Part shown: piece after piece, positions 57,776 through 64,000 of the stretch | Position numbering within the stretch: the first letter of the stretch is position 1 | Layout: each line of letters starts with the position of its first letter | Notes under the pieces: generated by a model | Told to the model about the DNA's origin: nothing | The model's input: only the letters and a program-made list of their open reading frames with translations | The model's database searches: none | Made by a program: the position numbers and the translations under genes | DNA from: a virus | Lineage: Duplodnaviria > Heunggongvirae > Uroviricota > Caudoviricetes | Length of the DNA stretch: 64,000 nucleotides | IMG/VR virus record: IMGVR_UViG_3300021963_000036 | Direction: 5' to 3' (one strand)

Positions 57776-58185
57776 GGTTTACTGCATCTACATTTGACCT
57801 TCTCCATGCAGGTCATATATCGATGTTGAGAGAAGCAAAGACGCAGTGTGATTACCTCATCTGCGGATTACAAGTCGATCCTTCGATTGACAGACCAACG
57901 AAGAACAAACCGGTGCAGACTCTCGTCGAAAGACACGTTCAGCTTTCGGCTGTAAGCTATGTCGATGAAATCGTTCCTTACGTCACTGAAGAAGATTTGG
58001 TTGACATTCTGAGTATGTATGATATAAATGTAAGGATACTCGGCGACGAGTACAAAGACAAAGACTTCACTGGCAAAGACGTGTGTCAAGCCCGTGGAAT
58101 TGACCTGTACTTCAACAAACGTGATCATCGGTTCAGTAGTTCCGGATTGCGTAAACGTATTTTCGAAATGGAGAAATCTAAATGA
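57739..58185 (+). CDS. Cytidylyltransferase (TagD-like)
   Basis: FDLLHAGH (HxGH), YVDEI, LGDEY, R...SSS..R. Confidence 0.8.
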   Translation: MERNMGTSEKTIGFTASTFDLLHAGHISMLREAKTQCDYLICGLQVDPSIDRPTKNKPVQTLVERHVQLSAVSYVDEIVPYVTEEDLVDILSMYDINVRILGDEYKDKDFTGKDVCQARGIDLYFNKRDHRFSSSGLRKRIFEMEKSK

Positions 58186-58628
58186 GTGAGAACTGGGTAC
58201 AAGACATCAATGATATGCATGCTAAGTTTGGTGTGCACAAGTGGGTAGCACAGAAAGTCGCCGAACGTGATTATGAGTCACTCCGTAAGTTTATGCAGTT
58301 TCGTGTTAACTTCTTAAAGGAAGAACTGAAAGAGACTTCTGACGCTTTTTGGTTGAGTCAAGATGGTTCTGAACGTGTTATCGATCCAGAAGAAATCGTG
58401 GATGGTCTGATCGATCTTTGTGTTGTTGCCATTGGAACTCTTGATGCTTTTGGCGTTGACGCCCACAAAGCTTGGGATGCAGTACACGCAGCTAACATGA
58501 GTAAAGAACCCGGCGTGAAGCCTTCTCGCCCGAATCCGCTTGGTCTGCCTGATCTGATCAAGCCTGAAGGTTGGACTGCACCTTCGCACGAAGGTAACTA
58601 TGGCGACATTGATATGTTGGGTGCCTGA
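58182..58628 (+). CDS. MazG/PRA-PH-like NTP pyrophosphohydrolase
   Basis: EELKE...EIVDGLIDL...AWDAVHAANMSK...DLIKPEGW. Confidence 0.7.
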   Translation: MSENWVQDINDMHAKFGVHKWVAQKVAERDYESLRKFMQFRVNFLKEELKETSDAFWLSQDGSERVIDPEEIVDGLIDLCVVAIGTLDAFGVDAHKAWDAVHAANMSKEPGVKPSRPNPLGLPDLIKPEGWTAPSHEGNYGDIDMLGA

Positions 58629-58659
58629 AAAATAATTGCGAAAAAGTGCATTTTGCCTA

Positions 58660-58688
58660 TTTACACTAGCTGCGTCTTTGTATATAAC
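58660..58688 (+). promoter_or_regulatory. Early sigma70-type promoter
   Basis: TTTACA-N17-TATAAC with an upstream A-tract. Confidence 0.6.
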
Positions 58689-58723
58689 TAACTAGTAAGG
58701 CAAAACAAAGCAAGGTAGAGAAA

Positions 58724-59086
58724 ATGACCAAGTTCGCAAAATTCGATCGTAAGAACCTCACCGCTCTTCGTGACGAAATGAGCGCTCTCTTGAGCAAATA
58801 CGGTGTTGACACGAACATCAACTTTGAAGTCGGTAACATGAAGTTCAGCGAAAACGAAGTTGAGATCAAAGTCAAAGCGAAAATCGTCGGTGCCAAAAGC
58901 TTCACTAACGTCATCCTTGAGTCTCGTGTAGCTGCTCTCGGTTTGAAGCTGAAAAACGCTCTCGGTGATGAACTCGTAGATTACAATACGAAAGCTTACA
59001 AGATGCCCTTCGTCTATCTCAACGCTCGCGACGGTAAGCGTTACAAGTGTGACGAACGTACCGCACAAATTCGGTTCGCAGCTTAA
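58724..59086 (+). CDS. Hypothetical early protein
   Basis: 120-aa ORF after a promoter and RBS. Confidence 0.65.
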   Translation: MTKFAKFDRKNLTALRDEMSALLSKYGVDTNINFEVGNMKFSENEVEIKVKAKIVGAKSFTNVILESRVAALGLKLKNALGDELVDYNTKAYKMPFVYLNARDGKRYKCDERTAQIRFAA

Positions 59087-59093
59087 ATAATGA

Positions 59094-59124
59094 AAAAGAG
59101 GGGTTGACAATCTTCCCCTCTTTT
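59094..59124 (+). terminator. 10-bp inverted repeat (terminator-like) with TTGACA in the loop
   Basis: AAAAGAGGGG-TTGACAATCTT-CCCCTCTTTT. Confidence 0.55.
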
Positions 59125-59158
59125 GTTATATCTAACTAGAGCAAACAATAGGTATATC

Positions 59159-59404
59159 ATGACTCGCACTCAAAACTATCGTTATACTGTCAAAATGAAA
59201 GACGGTAAACCTGTCGGCTGTGACCTCTCGATGGTAACTGCCCTTCGTCAATTTGTTTCATTTCTGAACAAATCGAACGGTTCAAAACTTTACGTTAAAC
59301 TTCAAGGTCGTGGCCCTCGTAAGGTGAACGGCCGCAAATATTTTCAATCACTTCCGCTCAAATTTGCAGAAACCGCTGACGTTTACGTGTACGAACGGTA
59401 TTAA
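59159..59404 (+). CDS. Hypothetical basic protein
   Basis: ATG at 59159; LYVKLQGRGPR...DVYVYER. Confidence 0.6.
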   Translation: MTRTQNYRYTVKMKDGKPVGCDLSMVTALRQFVSFLNKSNGSKLYVKLQGRGPRKVNGRKYFQSLPLKFAETADVYVYERY

Positions 59405-59412
59405 GGAGTTGT

Positions 59413-59988
59413 ATGTCATTATGTAAGACGCCGCAAACAGTTACTTTTACATTAACTGAAGAGCAAAAATCCCATATTCAAACTATGGCTGAAGGGATTC
59501 ACGGTTGTCCTATTAGATCGCGCAGAAGAAATTTCGACGCGATCTATAAGTCTGTGAAGAACGGTGCTATCCTCGAGTTCGCTCTAGTTGAACAAGGAGC
59601 AGTCAAGAACGAAGCCGAGTTCGATCATACCAACCCATTGTCGTATTGCTGGGATGTGTTCTGGGATGGGCAACGCGCAGAAGTCAAATGCTTCTATTTC
59701 GACTCATCAATGTCGTGGGTAACGTTCCCTTTGAGGTTTGTACAGACCTTCATCAATACCACTAAGCGCGGCAAAAATCTTGTTGACATTATCATCTTTG
59801 GATACTATGATGAAACTCCAGAAGGTGTGATCACCGCCAAGTGGCGACTGATCGCGCCGAGTGATACATTCGCGAGCAAACTTCGAAAGTGTAACACACA
59901 ATACAAAAGTAGTTATGACTCTTTCACAGGTGAGTTGAAGTATTTCTATTCTCATCCATCTGAACCAAGGGCAATATTCATTAAGTGA
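59413..59988 (+). CDS. Hypothetical protein, possible PD-(D/E)XK nuclease
   Basis: AAGGAG RBS; E...WDV...AEVK arrangement. Confidence 0.35.
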   Translation: MSLCKTPQTVTFTLTEEQKSHIQTMAEGIHGCPIRSRRRNFDAIYKSVKNGAILEFALVEQGAVKNEAEFDHTNPLSYCWDVFWDGQRAEVKCFYFDSSMSWVTFPLRFVQTFINTTKRGKNLVDIIIFGYYDETPEGVITAKWRLIAPSDTFASKLRKCNTQYKSSYDSFTGELKYFYSHPSEPRAIFIK

Positions 59989-59994
59989 GGCACA

Positions 59995-60324
59995 ATGAAA
60001 TACGATAAAGGTAAACCCAAAATTCATCTAGTTCCACCAGAAGCAATTTATGCCATCGCTTCTGTCTATGGTTTTGGCGCAGAAAAATACGGTGAAAACA
60101 ACTGGCGTAAGGACATTCATAAGTATCCTTACTCGAGACATTACTCGTCTATTATGCGTCATATGCTAGCGTTTCATTCTGGTGAAGATACTGATCCAGA
60201 GTCTGGACTTCCTCACCTTGCACATGCAATGACTCAGATGATGATCCTTTACATGACCACTCTTGAAGCTCCTGAGATGGATGATAGATTTAAAGCGGAG
60301 AACGATGATGCAGAAAGTAAGTGA
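59995..60324 (+). CDS. DUF5664 / dATP-dGTP diphosphohydrolase-like protein
   Basis: KYDKGKP...FGAEKY...NW...RH...GEDTDPESGLPHLAHA. Confidence 0.75.
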   Translation: MKYDKGKPKIHLVPPEAIYAIASVYGFGAEKYGENNWRKDIHKYPYSRHYSSIMRHMLAFHSGEDTDPESGLPHLAHAMTQMMILYMTTLEAPEMDDRFKAENDDAESK

Positions 60325-60973
60325 TATTCGGGCTAAGCTCATTCAACAATACAAAGATCAAGAGTTTGTGACTGACAAAACTGGCGTGAAGACTATCGAG
60401 TTGATCGGTGAGTCTTTCATCGCTGACGAAGATGCTATCTTTGGTAAAGTCAACTGGGATTATGTTCAGCGTGAACTCGATTGGTATAAGTCGATGTCTT
60501 TGAATGTGAACGGCATTCCAGGCGGTGTAAAGCAAGAGACAAATCCTCCTCAGATCTGGATGACTGTTGCTGATACCGAAGGCTTTATCAATTCTAACTA
60601 TGGTTGGGCGATCTGGTCCGATGATAACTGTAATCAATATGAACATTGTGTTGCTGAACTGAAAAAGAACCGCGACTCTCGTCGTGCAATCATGATCTAC
60701 ACTCGTCCGCAGATGTGGTATGATTATAACAAGAATGGTCGTTCTGACTTCATGTGCACAAATTCTGTTCAATACCTCGTTCGTAACGACAAGGTTCATG
60801 CAGTTGTTCAGATGCGTTCGAATGATGCTATCTTTGGCTACAAAAATGATCGCGCATGGCAAGATCACGTTCTGCGTGAAGTTGCTCGTGAAACCGGATA
60901 TGGAGTCGGTGACATCATCTGGAATGCCGGATCACTTCACATCTATGAACGCCACTTTGGATTAGTTGAATGA
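60305..60973 (+). CDS. gp42: dCMP hydroxymethyltransferase (thymidylate synthase fold)
   Basis: INSNYGW, RRAIMIYTRP, SDFMCTN, MRSNDAIFGYKND (Asp at the dCMP-specificity position), GSLHIYERHF. Confidence 0.8.
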   Translation: MMQKVSDIRAKLIQQYKDQEFVTDKTGVKTIELIGESFIADEDAIFGKVNWDYVQRELDWYKSMSLNVNGIPGGVKQETNPPQIWMTVADTEGFINSNYGWAIWSDDNCNQYEHCVAELKKNRDSRRAIMIYTRPQMWYDYNKNGRSDFMCTNSVQYLVRNDKVHAVVQMRSNDAIFGYKNDRAWQDHVLREVARETGYGVGDIIWNAGSLHIYERHFGLVE

Positions 60974-61422
60974 ATAAGTGGGATCACCGCTATCTCAAGC
61001 TCGCGTATGGAGTAGCGCAATGGTCGAAAGACCCATCGAGTAAGATCGGTGCTGTTACAGTTGGAGCTAAAGGACAAGTTTTGTCCCAAGGCTTCAACGG
61101 CTTTCCTCGTGGTCTGAAAGACGACTTCACTCGTTTGAACGATCGTGAAACAAAGTACAAGTTTATCGTTCATGCTGAGATGAATTGCATTTACAACGCA
61201 ACATATAATGGTGTATCGCTAGACGGTGCAACTCTCTATGTCTATGGCCTTCCGATCTGTTCTGAATGTGCCAAGGGTGTTATTCAAGTTGGGATCAAAC
61301 GTGTTGTCATGCCTAAGCAAGAGATGCCTGAAAAGTGGCGAGACTCTTGGATGACGAGTATGAACTTCTTTGACGAAGCAGGAGTAGACTTTGACTTCAT
61401 CGATTTTGATCCTCGGGATTAA
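60970..61422 (+). CDS. cd: dCMP deaminase
   Basis: SKDPSSKIGAV, GFNGFPRG, HAEMN, PICSECAK. Confidence 0.88.
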   Translation: MNKWDHRYLKLAYGVAQWSKDPSSKIGAVTVGAKGQVLSQGFNGFPRGLKDDFTRLNDRETKYKFIVHAEMNCIYNATYNGVSLDGATLYVYGLPICSECAKGVIQVGIKRVVMPKQEMPEKWRDSWMTSMNFFDEAGVDFDFIDFDPRD

Positions 61423-61756
61423 TCCTTCGAGTGGTCGGCCAAACAAGACGAGTGCAACCATCCAGCGGCTCAATCGCTGGATGGACACTCTAGGATTCAT
61501 TCACTATTCATTCACAAACGTGATACATACTACGGGCAAGTACCGACCAGAACTTGTAGACCTAGATACAATTAAGCTATTCTCTGAAGGATATGAGAAG
61601 GTGATTGCTCTTGGCCCCTTTGTTTCAAAATCACTAAATAGAGCACACATCAACCACTTTACACTTCCGCATCCGTCACCTCTGAATCGACAGTTGAACG
61701 ATAAGACGTTTGAGCAAGACTGTCTGATGAAGTGTAAATCATATCTAGAGGAATAA
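61391..61756 (+). CDS. Uracil-DNA-glycosylase-like fold protein
   Basis: ILGINPS...SFTNV...VIALG...LPHPSPLN. Confidence 0.5.
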   Translation: MTSSILILGINPSSGRPNKTSATIQRLNRWMDTLGFIHYSFTNVIHTTGKYRPELVDLDTIKLFSEGYEKVIALGPFVSKSLNRAHINHFTLPHPSPLNRQLNDKTFEQDCLMKCKSYLEE

Positions 61757-61757
61757 T

Positions 61758-62618
61758 ATGCAAGTACTTGTAACTGGCGCAGCAGGCTATATTGGCTCTC
61801 ACGTTGTAAAAGCTCTATACAATCGAGGTTATACTGTAGATACGCTTGATCGAGCGATTACAACTAACAGCGAAGTAATACAGCATATGGTACGGCACAT
61901 GTACCACGGTAATATCATTGAACGTATGATAATCGACGTACGTTACGACGCAGTAATTCATTGTGCTGCACTCATATCTGTAGAAGAATCGATGCGGCTT
62001 CCTCTCGTGTATTACGAAGTAAACACTGCTGGAACGCTTAAGCTTCTGCAGGAACTGAAGTACGACCACTTCATATTTGCATCGACCGGTGGTGCGTTTG
62101 ATCCTATTTCGCCTTATGCTAAATCAAAGATCATTGCTGAAGAAGCAGTTCGACAGATTGCTCCTAAGTATTCTATCTTTCGATTTTTCAACGTTGCCGG
62201 AAATGATGGTCAACTGAGACAACCATACCCAGCAAGTCATATCATCAGAATTGCGGCAGAAGTTGCTGCTGGAAAACGTGATAAGATGGTAATCTTTGGT
62301 AATGATTACGACACTCCTGATGGCACATGCATACGTGACTATGTTCATGTCGTTGACCTCGCCGAAGCAATCGTTAGAAGCGTACCTCTTCCAGCAAATT
62401 CAAACTATGAATGTATCGGTTCCGGTTCAGGATTCTCTAATCTTGACATCATAAATACCATGAAGGAAGTAACCGGCATGAACTTCCCTGTAGAATTCGG
62501 TCCAAGACGTTCTGGAGATCCAGCTAAACTTTTAGTTGACACTGTATCAAAATATGTTAAGATCGATCATGACTTGAGAGATATGTGCCGCTCAGCATAC
62601 ACTATGGAGTTGAAATGA
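61758..62618 (+). CDS. galE: NAD-dependent sugar epimerase, GalE-like
   Basis: TGAAGYIGSH, YAKSK (YxxxK), FRFFNVAG, DGTCIRDYVHVVDLA, RRSGDP. Confidence 0.8.
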   Translation: MQVLVTGAAGYIGSHVVKALYNRGYTVDTLDRAITTNSEVIQHMVRHMYHGNIIERMIIDVRYDAVIHCAALISVEESMRLPLVYYEVNTAGTLKLLQELKYDHFIFASTGGAFDPISPYAKSKIIAEEAVRQIAPKYSIFRFFNVAGNDGQLRQPYPASHIIRIAAEVAAGKRDKMVIFGNDYDTPDGTCIRDYVHVVDLAEAIVRSVPLPANSNYECIGSGSGFSNLDIINTMKEVTGMNFPVEFGPRRSGDPAKLLVDTVSKYVKIDHDLRDMCRSAYTMELK

Positions 62619-63718
62619 AAAAAATTCTAATCACCGGTATGAACCGGTTGCAATGCAATAAAGACTTCTATCTGAAGCAGCAGTTGCAAGTTGTCCCTTC
62701 TCATTATTCAGTGATTCGTTGTCTTGAAGACATGAACTATGAAGTAGAGCAACGTGACGTTACTCTTGGAGAAGACCTATCTGCTTATGACGAAGTGATC
62801 GTCTATATCCACAGTATTCAAGCGTTCTGCCAACATATTTGGTCTGGCTTGTACGCTGTTGCTGCTCGCCCTAACTGCATCATCGCATTTGATGATTGGC
62901 AATTTAACCAGATCTATGGCGCAATTCAAACGTATCACGATGACCTAGTTGCTGGTGATGAGTCCGTTTATCGCGACTATCTATTTGATCTATGGGCAGG
63001 TAAAGAAGATCGTGATACTGTTAAGAAGTATCATCAGTCATATATTGACGCTTGTAAAATCATCGTGTCAAAACAGAACCGTCTATTGGTGAGTGCCTTC
63101 TCAGGTGGTGATATTTCGCTATTGAACCTTGGCTGGGAAGACTCCAAAATTCACGTGTTTAATCCAAACCCTTATCACCTGAACCGTCGAGCTGATAACG
63201 GATATGGCACTGGTCAGATTGTATCTACAATCGATTCACTTTTTGGTGACGAAGAAGAAAAGACGTTCCGTTGGAATTTTGCTTCGCTGGTTCAAGAAAA
63301 GACTCGCAAGTGGTTGAAACTTCAGAATCCAGAAAAATGGAAATGGGAAATCGAGTACTTCGGTGCTAAGCGCGGTAAGTATAAATCAGAGCGTAAGACA
63401 GAACCTGATATGGTTAAAGTGTTTGAACAACAATGGGGTTGTCTGATGCCGGGTTACTTCCATGCCGGTTCTGGCTGGTGGAGAGCACGCCCACTTCAAG
63501 TTGCCGATGCTGGATCGATTATTATTGGTGACATTCCCGAGATGATGGTATACTATAAGGATGAGTCCATTGCTAAACTGCGCGTGCAGGATATTGAAGC
63601 GATGGATGTTACTCAGCTGAAAGCTACTGCTGCAGCTCAGAAAGAAGCATTGTATGCTACTCATCCTCTTAATAAAGCAGTTCAACGTGAAGAACTGAGA
63701 AAGATCCTCGAAGCATGA
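62615..63718 (+). CDS. Putative GT-B DNA glycosyltransferase
   Basis: Sits between the epimerase and the mutase in the gp42 cluster. About 367 aa, with a YFG...R segment and C-terminal RARPLQVADAGS. Fold call is inference only. Confidence 0.4.
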   Translation: MKKILITGMNRLQCNKDFYLKQQLQVVPSHYSVIRCLEDMNYEVEQRDVTLGEDLSAYDEVIVYIHSIQAFCQHIWSGLYAVAARPNCIIAFDDWQFNQIYGAIQTYHDDLVAGDESVYRDYLFDLWAGKEDRDTVKKYHQSYIDACKIIVSKQNRLLVSAFSGGDISLLNLGWEDSKIHVFNPNPYHLNRRADNGYGTGQIVSTIDSLFGDEEEKTFRWNFASLVQEKTRKWLKLQNPEKWKWEIEYFGAKRGKYKSERKTEPDMVKVFEQQWGCLMPGYFHAGSGWWRARPLQVADAGSIIIGDIPEMMVYYKDESIAKLRVQDIEAMDVTQLKATAAAQKEALYATHPLNKAVQREELRKILEA

Positions 63719-64000
63719 AACAAATTCTCGTAGTTGGCGCTGGCTTGTCCGGCGCCACTATTGCTCGTGAACTTGCAGAGACTGAGCAATATAAAGTCTG
63801 GATATTTGATAAGCGCAATCACGTCGCGGGAAATGCTTATGACTACACAAACATTCATAACATCAGAGTGCATGAATACGGCCCGCACTTGTTCCATACA
63901 AACAATGTAGAAGTGTACAATTACCTCAGTAAATTCACAGAGTGGGTTGAGTATAAGCACAAGGTCAAAGCGCAACTTGATGATGGTCGGCACGTTACTC
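63715..64000 (+). CDS. glf: UDP-galactopyranose mutase; 3'-truncated, absent from the ORF track
   Basis: MKQILVVGAGLSGATIARELA...DKRNHVAGNAYD...VHEYGPHLFHTNN.EVY.YLSKFTEW..Y.HKV. Confidence 0.88.
   Translation, partial: MKQILVVGAGLSGATIARELAETEQYKVWIFDKRNHVAGNAYDYTNIHNIRVHEYGPHLFHTNNVEVYNYLSKFTEWVEYKHKVKAQLDDGRHVT

Noticed and set aside
58688-59110. 140-aa minus-strand ORF
   Set aside because: Shadow of 58724..59086, which has the promoter and RBS.
60290-60868. 192-aa minus-strand ORF opposite gp42
   Set aside because: Fully overlaps a well-conserved + strand gene and has no recognisable features.
1-64000. tRNA or rRNA genes
   Set aside because: Intergenic gaps are short and no cloverleaf or rRNA signature was recognised by eye; tRNAscan-SE would confirm.

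Overview
This is a 64 kb segment of a large T4-like myovirus. Every credible gene is on the + strand, and the gene order is the cyanophage/alphaproteobacterial-phage type. From left to right it holds: a DUF4815-like virion protein truncated at the left edge; three long repetitive tail-fibre genes; the neck/terminase/tail/head block (gp13-gp23); gp3, uvsY, uvsW, gp55, gp47 and gp46; and a nucleotide/DNA-modification block (dCMP hydroxymethylase, dCMP deaminase, GalE-like epimerase, putative glycosyltransferase, and a UDP-galactopyranose mutase truncated at the right edge). The standout is a pair of enzyme islands (6427-17266 and 24910-35795). Each begins directly after a tail fibre ending in the same chaperone-like domain. 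Together they encode 10 radical-SAM proteins (2 of the B12-binding type), 4 Fe(II)/2OG-type oxygenases, a DUF3050 oxidase-like protein and a methyltransferase. Interspersed are three small fibre-like proteins that share a G-x-x-I/V-x-A-A motif, two of them with Cys/His-rich C-terminal tails, and each preceded by a T4 late-promoter-like sequence. I infer a phage-encoded, RiPP-like system that post-translationally modifies virion proteins. A second candidate novelty is furanose-sugar hypermodification of hydroxymethylcytosine. All family assignments come from motif recognition by eye; no database searches were run.
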